IMG/VR virus record: IMGVR_UViG_3300047095_001251
Coordinates: 6,203 to 70,202 of that record
DNA: 64,000 nucleotides
Source of the DNA: a virus
Direction: 5' to 3' (one strand)
The position numbers and the translations under genes are program-made. Shown here in pieces: positions 11,260 through 21,523 of the stretch. The notes under the pieces are model-generated. The model saw nothing but the letters and a program-made list of their open reading frames with translations. It had not been told where the DNA came from and did not search any database. The stretch's first letter is position 1. The number at the start of each line of letters is the position of its first letter.

Positions 11260-12174
11260 TTGAGTGAAATATTTGATACTAACTATATTTTAAATGACCC
11301 CGGTAATACATTATTATTTAGGAAATTTTTAGAAAGATTAAAGGATAGTAATTTTCACCCGGATATTACTGGATATAGTTTAATATACTTAGTTCCTCCA
11401 GATATTCCGCTAGTATCTGATGATAATCCTTTATTTGTCGATGGGTGGATTCCTTTCTTAGCTATCGACTTTACCCCTCCAGAATCTAATTTACATGTAG
11501 TTGAAGAATCCTCTGGAGGAGGTAATGTTATTCCATATGCAACGAGGGTTGCTAGAAATGGATCATTAAGTTTAACATTTATAGAAGATTCTAATTTAAG
11601 AATTTTGGATTTACATAATTATTGGGTTGGATATATAGATGATCTAATTAAAGGAAGGAAAGATCCTCCAGAAGAATATATGAATGAGGTAGATAGTGCC
11701 GAATTGTGCTATGCGACTAGTGCATATATAGCAAAATTTAAACCAGATATGAGAACGTTAACATATTTAGGTAAAGCTGTTGGAGTATTTCCTATTAATA
11801 TCCCTGCAAAAGAGGTTATAGGTAATAGACAAAGTAATGAGTTATCGACTGTTACTGTTAACTATACTTGCGCTTATTATGGATCATTTATACCTAATTC
11901 GATTGGACAATCTGGAGAAATTAATAATTGGATATTTGAAGAATTTAAATCAGATTTAATGGATCATTTCAAAATGTTTCTTTCTGATAATGTTGTTAAC
12001 AATGATATCGATTTATCTTTATCTTCATTTCAAAATCCTAATAAATCATCTGTATTAAACTCTGATAGATGGTATGATGCTTTGCCGCTTATCCCAGATT
12101 TCTTTTCTAGAACTTCCGATGGAGTTATTGATAATTCCCAGAGTTCGTCAACATTATCTTCTTTTGGGTTGTAA
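11260..12174 (+). CDS. tail-tube-like baseplate/tube initiator protein
   Basis: Aligns by eye with the tube at 52077 (HPDITGY..LVPP vs HPFVSGY..FVP; FTPP; SLTFIE vs SVAFRE; GVFP). Confidence 0.6.
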   Translation: MSEIFDTNYILNDPGNTLLFRKFLERLKDSNFHPDITGYSLIYLVPPDIPLVSDDNPLFVDGWIPFLAIDFTPPESNLHVVEESSGGGNVIPYATRVARNGSLSLTFIEDSNLRILDLHNYWVGYIDDLIKGRKDPPEEYMNEVDSAELCYATSAYIAKFKPDMRTLTYLGKAVGVFPINIPAKEVIGNRQSNELSTVTVNYTCAYYGSFIPNSIGQSGEINNWIFEEFKSDLMDHFKMFLSDNVVNNDIDLSLSSFQNPNKSSVLNSDRWYDALPLIPDFFSRTSDGVIDNSQSSSTLSSFGL

Positions 12175-12183
12175 AGATTAAAA

Positions 12184-14889
12184 ATGGATAATTTAAATAA
12201 TTTAGTTACTCCTGATGATTATATTTCGTTTTATTATAACGAATTAAAGAAAGAATTTGATTCTCAGAATATACAGTTATCTAAAGTTGGGTTTGTTGGA
12301 TTTTTATTTAATTTATTAGGAAATACTCAATATGATGTTAAACATTATTATGATAATTTATTTAAAGAGGCATTTCCTATTACATCTTTAAATAATAAAA
12401 ATTTGAAATATCATGGTAATGTTTTTGGATATTCTGCAGAACTTGGAAAATATTCAACATTATCTGGAGTATTTAAATTTAACTTAGAATCACTTCCAGC
12501 ATTATACCCAGATATTGTAAAAAGAGAAATCATTTTAGAAAATATTAAAGTACAAATTGATGAATTAGAATATAATTTAATATCCAAATATCGATTAGTT
12601 TTAAATCAAATAAATGGAAGCATCTCTGGATTTGGGGAGATTACATTTTCTGATGGAAAACAAAAATTAATTCCTATTCAATATTTAGATATAAATTTAC
12701 CTATTTATGAATTAAATCAATACAAGGTAGAAACAATCACGTTTGTCTCTCCGAATTATGTTTATAGGACATTTTATTCTTACCCGATTAAAATAGATGA
12801 TGGTGAATTTTTAACTAATTTAGATGTTGGTATAATAATTAATAATCAAAAACAAAGTTTCGCCGCTCAAACAGATAAGAATAAATATTCATCTTCAGAC
12901 CAAGTAATTTTTTATGAAGTAACCCCAGATAATTATTTGAATATAGAATTAGGTTCAGGTGAAAATGGAGTATATATCCCTAATACAAAAGTATATATAA
13001 CTAAATATACAACAAAAGGAACTTTAGGAAATATAGGATCTAAATCTACTACTAATATTACTGGAGATATTAATATTATAGATTATGATATTAATAATAA
13101 TTCAACAGAACAATTTAATCCAATCCAATTAAATCAATTAATTACAACAAATATAGATAAAGGATATGGAGGAAAAGATCCATTATCTGGTGAAAATTTA
13201 AGAAATGATCTAATATCATATATACAATCTAGAAATAATTTCTGTAGTGAAACAGATTATAGATATATATTAAAAGATTATTTTGATGATTTTGAAATAT
13301 TATTTAAAAAATCAAAATTACAAGAAAATATATTCTATATATATCTATATTTAAAAGATAGATTTAATAATCCAGTTTATTCAATAACCTCTACAGTGTC
13401 CGAACAACAATTTATTTTAAATAAATTTGGAAATAATATATTTTATCCTGAATTTGAAATAGAAACTGAACAATTTATATCACCATTTTTATATATCTAC
13501 GATCCAATTCTAAATATATATAATGGATATATAGTTAAAAAGAATCCAGTATTTTACTCTTCTTCTATTTCTAATGTTATTACTACTTCAGAAAATCCAC
13601 CTATCATATTTTTAGAATTAGCGTATAATCAAAATAATACAATAATTTATTTGAAATCATATCAAGATTTAACTAATTATAATTTCGATTTTACTTCTAT
13701 TGATTTAAAAATACAAGATCAATTATTAGTTAGATCTAATATAGATAATAGTATATTTAGTATAATTATACCAGGGATTATTAAAGATAAAATAGATATA
13801 GAAATATCCGTTTATCCAACATCTACTAATGTTGAATTATTTAAAATTAAATTTACCGATGTTAAACAAGTTGAAGATTTCTCAGATTTAATTAAATTAA
13901 AAACATTTACTAAACCAGATGGAATTAAATACATTCTTAATTTAAGTTTAATTCATAAAGAAACTTTTCTTTCTGATGAAAATTATTATTTAGATAAATT
14001 AATAAATACATTCTCTAATATTAATATAAATAATAATAGAATGATTTCTGATGAGATTTCAATTAAATTACTTAATACTTTTAATGTTAATGGTGAAAAT
14101 CTTAGAAAAATAACTCTACAAAATCATAATTTGAATTCTAGAGAAGTAACCGAATTAAATGTAATTAAGGATACTAATGGAAATTTAAGTGGAAAATATT
14201 TTACATTATCTTCATTAGATGTCGATTATTATCTTTGGTTTTATATTGATGAATTAAATTCGCAAGATCCAAATTTAGTTAATAAAATAGGGATAAAATG
14301 CGAGATTGAAAAAAATAATTCAATAGAATTTGTTAGGTCTGCAATCGTTACGACTTTAAATTTAGTAAATGCATTTTCTTCTGAAATTGATTTAATTGAT
14401 AATGATACATTAAAAATCTATAATACCGAAGGAGGAGTTTTAAAAAATCATCTAAATGTTGGTAATACTGGATTTAATTCATTGATTTTGCAATATGGTG
14501 ATAATGTATCATTAAAGTTCCCTTTGAAATTAAAAATAGATATAATCGCTGATAAATTAGTAGTTGTCTCGAACGGTATTAATATGAACTCTGAGATTGA
14601 TAAAATTAAAGTGTCTATAGCTGAATATTTACTTAAGGATAAAACTAAGATATATCAAAGATTCTATTCTTCGGAAATAATTGATATGCTACAAAGTAAA
14701 CCTTTTGTTAAATATGTATCATGTACTATTACTGATAAATCAGATTCAGTAATACCAGGAAGTAATATTGAAATTTATCCTTATTATGATATTGAGAAGA
14801 AATTAGATAAATATCAATTATTGGATTTTTCCCCTCATTTATTCTGGTGGGATGTTAATAATTTAATTGTTAATTATAAATATAACTAG
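12184..14889 (+). CDS. baseplate wedge protein (T4 gp6/BplJ-like)
   Basis: IELGSGENGVYIP...YTTKGTLGNI...GGKDPLSGENLR...SRNNFCSETDY pattern. Confidence 0.7.
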   Translation: MDNLNNLVTPDDYISFYYNELKKEFDSQNIQLSKVGFVGFLFNLLGNTQYDVKHYYDNLFKEAFPITSLNNKNLKYHGNVFGYSAELGKYSTLSGVFKFNLESLPALYPDIVKREIILENIKVQIDELEYNLISKYRLVLNQINGSISGFGEITFSDGKQKLIPIQYLDINLPIYELNQYKVETITFVSPNYVYRTFYSYPIKIDDGEFLTNLDVGIIINNQKQSFAAQTDKNKYSSSDQVIFYEVTPDNYLNIELGSGENGVYIPNTKVYITKYTTKGTLGNIGSKSTTNITGDINIIDYDINNNSTEQFNPIQLNQLITTNIDKGYGGKDPLSGENLRNDLISYIQSRNNFCSETDYRYILKDYFDDFEILFKKSKLQENIFYIYLYLKDRFNNPVYSITSTVSEQQFILNKFGNNIFYPEFEIETEQFISPFLYIYDPILNIYNGYIVKKNPVFYSSSISNVITTSENPPIIFLELAYNQNNTIIYLKSYQDLTNYNFDFTSIDLKIQDQLLVRSNIDNSIFSIIIPGIIKDKIDIEISVYPTSTNVELFKIKFTDVKQVEDFSDLIKLKTFTKPDGIKYILNLSLIHKETFLSDENYYLDKLINTFSNININNNRMISDEISIKLLNTFNVNGENLRKITLQNHNLNSREVTELNVIKDTNGNLSGKYFTLSSLDVDYYLWFYIDELNSQDPNLVNKIGIKCEIEKNNSIEFVRSAIVTTLNLVNAFSSEIDLIDNDTLKIYNTEGGVLKNHLNVGNTGFNSLILQYGDNVSLKFPLKLKIDIIADKLVVVSNGINMNSEIDKIKVSIAEYLLKDKTKIYQRFYSSEIIDMLQSKPFVKYVSCTITDKSDSVIPGSNIEIYPYYDIEKKLDKYQLLDFSPHLFWWDVNNLIVNYKYN

Positions 14890-14899
14890 GAAGAATAAA

Positions 14900-14983
14900 A
14901 TGACAATCGATGTAGCAGTTCTTATTATTGTTATAGTGATTAGTATCGTTGTATTTTTTTTCACTGGTGATAGAGATTGTTAA
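14900..14983 (+). CDS. small membrane peptide (27 aa; not in ORF track)
   Basis: MTIDVAVLIIVIVISIVVFFFTGDRDC* followed by a terminator. Confidence 0.4.
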   Translation: MTIDVAVLIIVIVISIVVFFFTGDRDC

Positions 14984-14986
14984 TTT

Positions 14987-15029
14987 AAAATTCCCCCGTT
15001 AAAATTTAAAAATTAATGGGGGAATTTTT
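14987..15029 (+). terminator. intrinsic terminator
   Basis: AAAATTCCCCC...GGGGGAATTTT hairpin followed by T-tract. Confidence 0.65.
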
Positions 15030-15106
15030 ATTTTTTTGTTTTTTTCATAAAGATATATATTAATGGAAGAAGTTAATTTAAATCTTTGTGAAAAGGAGAA
15101 AATAAG

Positions 15107-15382
15107 TTGGATCAATCATTAATTAATATCAATATTAAAATTGTTGAATTGAGAAAAAAGATTGATGAGTTATATTCACAACTTAATGATGTAGAAGATG
15201 AAAAAAGGACATTAATTTCATCAATAATTCGTGACAAGTTTAAAAATACTTTAGATTTGTGTCCATCAGCATTGTCAAGTTGTCCAGATTCACCTATTGG
15301 AAATTGCATTTTTAAATCAACTATAGATATTATTGAAGATAAAGTAGATATTCGGTGTGTAGTGTGCGGTAAGATTGGCTAG
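15107..15382 (+). CDS. small coiled-coil plus Cys-rich protein
   Basis: C...CPDSPIGNC...CVVCG; preceded by promoter motif (15043-15060) and AAGGAG, followed by a hairpin. Confidence 0.6.
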   Translation: MDQSLININIKIVELRKKIDELYSQLNDVEDEKRTLISSIIRDKFKNTLDLCPSALSSCPDSPIGNCIFKSTIDIIEDKVDIRCVVCGKIG

Positions 15383-15420
15383 ATTGTCTAGCTAATCTTT
15401 TTTATTTTTTTGGGATTAGT

Positions 15421-17160
15421 ATGAATAATGTATTTCATAAAAGGCTAACTCCGGACGAGATAGCCAGAGAATTATTTTTATGTAAATCTAATATTTTATA
15501 TTTTATAGATAATTATGTCAAATTACCTCAACCAGGAGGATTTCTTGAATATAAATTAGATAATATTAATAAGAAGATTAGACAGTATATAGTCAGTACT
15601 ATTAAATTTCAAAAGAGTATAATCTGTGCTTCTCGACAATTAGGTAAAACTTCATCTGTTTCAGTTATGTTACTTTGGGCAACAATGTTTTTTCCAGGTA
15701 GTAAAGCTGTATTATTAACATTAAAGAAGCAAAATGCATTAGAATTTATTAGAGTAATTAACCACATTCATGGAATGTTACCAGATTGGATGAAGGTACC
15801 AATTAGAGGAAGAGGATCGTTATTAACATATATTGCATTTTCTAATGGTAGTAGAATTGATACGTTATATATTAGTTCATCTGTTTCTCCTGATAACATT
15901 AGCCGTGGTCTAACAGTTCCTATTATTGCAATTGATGAGTTTTCAAATATCGCACATATTAAAAGAGCATATGGTTCAGCAGTTCCTGCAATTTCAAAAG
16001 CAAGAGAGATTGCCAATAAAAACGGATATCCTACATTTATTACTATTCTAAGTACTCCTAACGGGGTCTCTGGTATTGGTGAATTTTTCTATGAGTTGTA
16101 TACAGGAGCAATTCCATCTGAAGACATATTTGATGATGATGGTAGATTAATAGAAGAGTATCGATTAATATTAGATAATCCTGAGAAAAACGGTTTCATT
16201 AGGGTAAGATATCACTGGAGTGAAGATAAGACCAAAGATCAGAAATGGTATAATGAAATGGTTAAGGATTTAAACTGGGATATGCGTCTAATCAATCAAG
16301 AAATTAATATTTTATTTGTCGGGAGTTCAAATTGTATTTTTGATGATGATACTATTGCGAAATTTAAATCTGCTGACCCTTTAGATAAAATAAATTTACC
16401 ATTTTTTCAAAAATTAAAAGTGTATAGGAAATTAGAGAAATACGATTATGCAATCATTGGGATAGATACTGCAAAATCATTAACTGGGGATTACACTGCT
16501 ATTGAGATTTATAGTTATAAGGATTTTGAACAAATCGCAGAGTATTCTGGCAAATTAGGTAGTTTAACTAAATTTTTAGAAATAGTTAAATTTGTTATTG
16601 ATTATGTTATGGAGTTCATGGGAGAAAGGGTTCTAATAGCTATTGAAAATAATAGTATTGGAGCAAGTATAATCGAAGGTCTCGAAAACGACACATCTAA
16701 AAAATATGCAGAGTTAATATATACACCTGAACCAAAGAAAGGGACTGGAATTAATACAAATTTAAAATCAAAACCAGTCATGGTTTCTGAATTTTATGAC
16801 CAAGTAGTAAATAATCCAGATATATTAGCTTCTTCTGATTTAATTAATCAGTTAAGTGTTATTGAAAAAAGAGCTAATGGTGTAGTTTGTGCTCAATCTG
16901 GATCAAATGATGATTTATTTATGGCATCTTCTTTTTGTGCATATGTGAAGAAAATTTCCTCTTTAGAATATGATCATAGAATAGGTGTATCGAATAAAAA
17001 AATAAAAGAAAGCGATAGAGCATTAGTAGATAATATTTATATTAATAAGTATGACAAGTTTTCCAAAATTAATGAAAGTATGGAAAAATATCTTAAAATA
17101 TATGGAGATGAAGACGAAACCCCTCAGGATAATGATTTTGATCTTCCATTCATTTTGTAA
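15421..17160 (+). CDS. terL: terminase large subunit (T4 gp17-like)
   Basis: Walker A ASRQLGKT, Walker B IAIDE, STPNG, RNase H-like GIDTA...DY and NDDLFMA. Confidence 0.92.
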   Translation: MNNVFHKRLTPDEIARELFLCKSNILYFIDNYVKLPQPGGFLEYKLDNINKKIRQYIVSTIKFQKSIICASRQLGKTSSVSVMLLWATMFFPGSKAVLLTLKKQNALEFIRVINHIHGMLPDWMKVPIRGRGSLLTYIAFSNGSRIDTLYISSSVSPDNISRGLTVPIIAIDEFSNIAHIKRAYGSAVPAISKAREIANKNGYPTFITILSTPNGVSGIGEFFYELYTGAIPSEDIFDDDGRLIEEYRLILDNPEKNGFIRVRYHWSEDKTKDQKWYNEMVKDLNWDMRLINQEINILFVGSSNCIFDDDTIAKFKSADPLDKINLPFFQKLKVYRKLEKYDYAIIGIDTAKSLTGDYTAIEIYSYKDFEQIAEYSGKLGSLTKFLEIVKFVIDYVMEFMGERVLIAIENNSIGASIIEGLENDTSKKYAELIYTPEPKKGTGINTNLKSKPVMVSEFYDQVVNNPDILASSDLINQLSVIEKRANGVVCAQSGSNDDLFMASSFCAYVKKISSLEYDHRIGVSNKKIKESDRALVDNIYINKYDKFSKINESMEKYLKIYGDEDETPQDNDFDLPFIL

Positions 17161-17175
17161 AAATAGGAGAATTGA

Positions 17176-20100
17176 ATGCCAATTCCTAGTCAAAAAATAG
17201 TAAATCAAAGATTAGCTGAGGAAGCATCTGCAGCTAGGACATATGGGAGCCCGGGTGCTAGATTCTTATTAGATTGGTCTAGGAAGACTCCTGCTCCGGA
17301 GGAAAATTATACTGGTAATAATCAATCTGGATTTAATATTTTACCATTATTAAACCAAACTATTAAAATAAATTCAAATTTAACAAATATATCCAATTCA
17401 TTTAGAGTTTATCAAAGAAAAGTTTTAGATTTTGAAGTTACAAAGATTAATTTACTAGGAGAGATTTCTAGTAAATTAGATAATGTTTATGATGGAATCG
17501 TCCAATCCGCTGAAGAAAGGATTGGAATGGCTGAACGCAGAGGACAATATGGAATCGGTACATTTGAAGGGAAGCAGCTTGGCATGGGTGCCGCGTTAGC
17601 ATTTCTTCCTAGTATACTGACTAAATTGGGGGATACTATCCCTGGCATTGGACCTGCTGTTTCTGGGTTAGCATCTAGTAATATGATGTTACTTGGAAAA
17701 GTTGCTGCTATTCCTATGATGTTAGATGCTATTTTTCAAAACGAATTAGGTAGAAAGAAGTTTGATACATATATGTTCAAAGCCAGTGAAATGATGGCTA
17801 AATATATTCCTTCCTTTACTCAATCTTCTTCTGAAAAATTATTTGAGATAGGTTCATTTCTTAGTGAGATTAGGCAGAAAGAGGTTGAGTTAGCTGGTAT
17901 TTTATCAGGTGGTGATCATAAAGTTGGAATGAAAACCATGAGAGCTTGGCAATTAGCTCCATTATTAATGACTCCTGCTAATTTAATTCATAGAAATTAT
18001 AAAACTCCACAAGAAAAACAAGTAGCGTTACTTAGTGGGATGTATGAATTTTTAAGGGAAATGACAGCGTGGCAAATTACTATTGGTAGACATGGGTTTG
18101 GATTAAGTGATAATATATTTTCTCAATTAACGCCAATTAAAAATGGACCGTTTGCTAGATTAGATAGATATTTACAGGATATTCCTGTAATTTCTGCTGG
18201 ATATAATATCATTAAAGATTTATTTACCGGTACTTATAAACTCGCCGATGTAATTTTCAATCCAGTAAAATATATAAAGGAAACATTTGGAAATTTAAAG
18301 TCTTGGATTGGCGAGGTAGCAGAAGAACTTCTACCTGATTCATTTAGAGGATTTTTAGAAAGTAAAGGATTTTTGCAAAAAACTATTATATCTAGCGAAG
18401 ATGCTATGAAAGGGGCAGGATTAAATCAATCATCATCAGATAGAGCTAATATTTTTACTGCGGAAGGTCTTCCTGGGGTTTTAGAAAAGATTAGAAGTTT
18501 AAATTTCCAGCAATATAATACACTAGAGAATATATATAATATATTAGATAAATTATTAAGAGAAACAACAAAAACTTCTTATAGAAGAAAAGATTTAAAG
18601 GGTGAGAGTTTAGTTTGGAGTTCTGTTGAAGGTAAATATTTATCTAAATCTGAGAATGATCAATCTATAAAGAAACAAAGACTTTCATTAATAGATTCTG
18701 CTAAGAAGCAAGGTATGACCGATGAAGCAGAGATTAAAAAAGTTGTAGATCAATCTATTCTTAAATTACAAAATTTACAAAAAGAATCTATTCGTCAGCA
18801 AAGAACTCAGGAAGATGCAGAAAGGGAAGATTTTTTAAAAAATTCAGAAAAGAATAAAAAGTTTTATGATTTTTTTAATACTCTTACAAATGTGGGGGCT
18901 GGAACTGCCGGTGCTGCTGCTACTTTTGGGGTTGGGTCTGCTATTGGGTTAGGTGGGTTATCATTGGGCATGGGAGCTGGAATCCCATTGGCTTTATTAT
19001 CACTATTGGCTGGAAACTTTTTTGCTAAAAAAGGAAGAGGGTTAAGGGATTGGTATATAGAGCAAAAGCAGAATAGGACAAGAAGTACATACGGCCCATT
19101 TGTTCCTCCTCGTGAAGCAAATGCAGAATCTGAGATAAGGGGGACTGCGTCCGGTGGAATGAATTTGTTTGAACGTATGAATCAGATGAGAACATCGATT
19201 CCATTTTTTGCAGAAGGAGGAATTGCAAAAAATCCTCAAATGGCAGTAGTCGGAGAAAAAGAACCTGAAGTAATTGGATCCCCAAAGAAGATTGTCAATT
19301 GGTTATCTGAAGCTTTATACAAATTACCAAATTTTAAAGAGAACCCTATTTTAACCGAGCTGAAAGGTATTAAGGGTTACTTGAGCAAAATCACTGATTT
19401 AGAATCTAAGTCATTTATTAAACAAGAAAAGAAAGATCAAGAAGCAGAAGCAGATAAGTTTTTTTCTGGAATAATGTCTGTTTTCTCATTAATTAAAGAT
19501 GGGTTATTTGGTGTATTTGATGGAATAAAATGGTTGTTTAGTGGAATAACTGGGATTTTCGGAGACGATGGTAAAAGTTCATCTTCTAATATCTTAAGTG
19601 GAATACTAGGGACTCTCGGAAACGATGGTAAAAGTTCATCTTCTAATATCTTAAGTGCTGTTATGAAGAATAAAAAAATTTTATCCACTATTTTTGGTGG
19701 TGGATCCCTTTACGCTTTAGCTGATTCTCTTATAGGTTCATATGTCGGGGAAAAAGAAACTCAAGATAAAAAAGAAAATATCACATCTTTTTTTTCAAAT
19801 CCCCTCGGATTTATATCTGATAAATGGGGTGAATTTACAGGGATAAAAGGGTTTTCTAAAGGCGGGACCATCCCTACTGGAGGTATTGGATTTGTTGGTG
19901 AGAAAGGTCCAGAGTTAGCAATTTCTGGTCCGAATGGAACGAACATATACCCTATTGAAGAAGATAAAATAAAAGCATTAATTAAGAAACATGAGTCAGA
20001 TGGTGTTCCTAAATTAAGAAGTTATTTAGATTCGAGAAATATCCCTACTATTGGATATGGGCATAATTTAAAATCTGTAAATATAAAAGGGTTAAGTGAA

Positions 20101-21513
20101 AATTCAGTTTTAACACCAGATGAAGCTGAACGATTATTTAATTTTGATTACCAGCGGATCACTAAGCCTTTTTCAGAAAATTTTCCAAGTTTTAATAAAT
20201 TCAATTACCCTGTTAAAGCAGCTTTATACGATATGGCATTTAATATGGGTCCTAGTTTTTTTAAGAATTGGCCTAATTTTGTTTCTGCTTTAGAAAGAGA
20301 TGATTATGAATCTGCAATTAAAGAAGTTCAAAATTCTAAATATTTTAGTCAGGTAGGGAAAGGTAGAACTGATGATATTATTGCTTTGTTAAGGATGGGA
20401 GGGGATCCTTCTGCGATTATTCCTGAGTCCGTTTCTGGTAATATCGGATTTAATAAATTTACAATTCCTGAATCATTTAGTGATTACGATGTTTCTAATG
20501 GGTCTGCGGGTAGATCTATCTTTGATTCTTTATTATCCCAGTTTAAAGGCGGGTTAAATTTCGATTTTGATGGATTTATTAATGGATTTAATTCATTATT
20601 TGGAGGATTTTTTGGTGGGAATGGTAGTAATAATGAATCGTTTTCTTTTGAAAAAATAAAAACTGGAGATTTTAGTCCAGATTCTAATCAGACCAAACCA
20701 CAACCACAATTTCAAACAGTTCTTGGTTCGATTGTAAGTCCTTCTAAAAGCAACATTGTTAATAGTCCATTCGGTTTAAGAAATGATGGAAGATCAATGC
20801 ATGGTGGTGTAGATTTCCAAGGGAAAATCGGAGATCCTGTTTTTGCTTCTAGAGATGGTACTGTTTCTGCTATTTTCAAAGATTGGGGTGGAGTTCAGAT
20901 TGATCATGGTGATGGAACTGCTGAAAAAAGTATCCATATGAGTAAAATATTTGCAAAGAATGGAGAATTTGTTCGAGCAGGACAGAAGATAGGAGAAGTT
21001 GGAGGAGTTGGACCTATTGGTGGGGAAACCCAATATAGACCGCATTTACATTGGGCATATCTGCAAGACGGGTCTCCTGTTGACGGTGTTCAAGTTTTAC
21101 AAAACGCAGGGTTACGATTTAGGCCACAGACTCCTACTGGTAAGATTAGTAATATTGCTAGTGTTAATGAGAAGCAAGCGATAGGTGGTGATGATCCTAT
21201 GTCGATTCTAATGTCCGTAATTAGTAAATTTGATAAAAATAATTCATTAAAATTAAAAAATAATTCTGTTCTAAATGAAGATTTGAAAAATGAGATACTT
21301 AATTTTAAGGAAAGTATTCGAAGAGAAACAGTTCAACCACAAGTGATTCCTATCCCAATGCCATCTCAAGATCAACAGACATCGATTGAAGTAAAGAATC
21401 AATATCAACCAGATATGGAATTAATGAATTTGTGTTCGATGTTATTTTCTTCTGTTAAAGGTAAACTGATCAACAATATGGAAGTATTGGGTGGAGAATT
21501 AATGTCAACGTAA
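17176..21513 (+). CDS. tape-measure-like tail protein with GH24 lysozyme and M23 peptidase domains
   Basis: Gly/Ala-rich hydrophobic stretches, two F-x-x-GG...VGEK-x-PE repeats, HE...YLDS...PTIGYGH lysozyme motif, HGGVD...HM...PHLH M23 motif. Confidence 0.8.
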   Translation: MPIPSQKIVNQRLAEEASAARTYGSPGARFLLDWSRKTPAPEENYTGNNQSGFNILPLLNQTIKINSNLTNISNSFRVYQRKVLDFEVTKINLLGEISSKLDNVYDGIVQSAEERIGMAERRGQYGIGTFEGKQLGMGAALAFLPSILTKLGDTIPGIGPAVSGLASSNMMLLGKVAAIPMMLDAIFQNELGRKKFDTYMFKASEMMAKYIPSFTQSSSEKLFEIGSFLSEIRQKEVELAGILSGGDHKVGMKTMRAWQLAPLLMTPANLIHRNYKTPQEKQVALLSGMYEFLREMTAWQITIGRHGFGLSDNIFSQLTPIKNGPFARLDRYLQDIPVISAGYNIIKDLFTGTYKLADVIFNPVKYIKETFGNLKSWIGEVAEELLPDSFRGFLESKGFLQKTIISSEDAMKGAGLNQSSSDRANIFTAEGLPGVLEKIRSLNFQQYNTLENIYNILDKLLRETTKTSYRRKDLKGESLVWSSVEGKYLSKSENDQSIKKQRLSLIDSAKKQGMTDEAEIKKVVDQSILKLQNLQKESIRQQRTQEDAEREDFLKNSEKNKKFYDFFNTLTNVGAGTAGAAATFGVGSAIGLGGLSLGMGAGIPLALLSLLAGNFFAKKGRGLRDWYIEQKQNRTRSTYGPFVPPREANAESEIRGTASGGMNLFERMNQMRTSIPFFAEGGIAKNPQMAVVGEKEPEVIGSPKKIVNWLSEALYKLPNFKENPILTELKGIKGYLSKITDLESKSFIKQEKKDQEAEADKFFSGIMSVFSLIKDGLFGVFDGIKWLFSGITGIFGDDGKSSSSNILSGILGTLGNDGKSSSSNILSAVMKNKKILSTIFGGGSLYALADSLIGSYVGEKETQDKKENITSFFSNPLGFISDKWGEFTGIKGFSKGGTIPTGGIGFVGEKGPELAISGPNGTNIYPIEEDKIKALIKKHESDGVPKLRSYLDSRNIPTIGYGHNLKSVNIKGLSENSVLTPDEAERLFNFDYQRITKPFSENFPSFNKFNYPVKAALYDMAFNMGPSFFKNWPNFVSALERDDYESAIKEVQNSKYFSQVGKGRTDDIIALLRMGGDPSAIIPESVSGNIGFNKFTIPESFSDYDVSNGSAGRSIFDSLLSQFKGGLNFDFDGFINGFNSLFGGFFGGNGSNNESFSFEKIKTGDFSPDSNQTKPQPQFQTVLGSIVSPSKSNIVNSPFGLRNDGRSMHGGVDFQGKIGDPVFASRDGTVSAIFKDWGGVQIDHGDGTAEKSIHMSKIFAKNGEFVRAGQKIGEVGGVGPIGGETQYRPHLHWAYLQDGSPVDGVQVLQNAGLRFRPQTPTGKISNIASVNEKQAIGGDDPMSILMSVISKFDKNNSLKLKNNSVLNEDLKNEILNFKESIRRETVQPQVIPIPMPSQDQQTSIEVKNQYQPDMELMNLCSMLFSSVKGKLINNMEVLGGELMST
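19565..19657 (+). repeat. in-frame 36-bp direct repeat with 57-bp period in the tape-measure-like gene
   Basis: ACGATGGTAAAAGTTCATCTTCTAATATCTTAAGTG occurs twice (DGKSSSSNILS). Confidence 0.85.
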
Positions 21514-21523
21514 GGGGATATGA

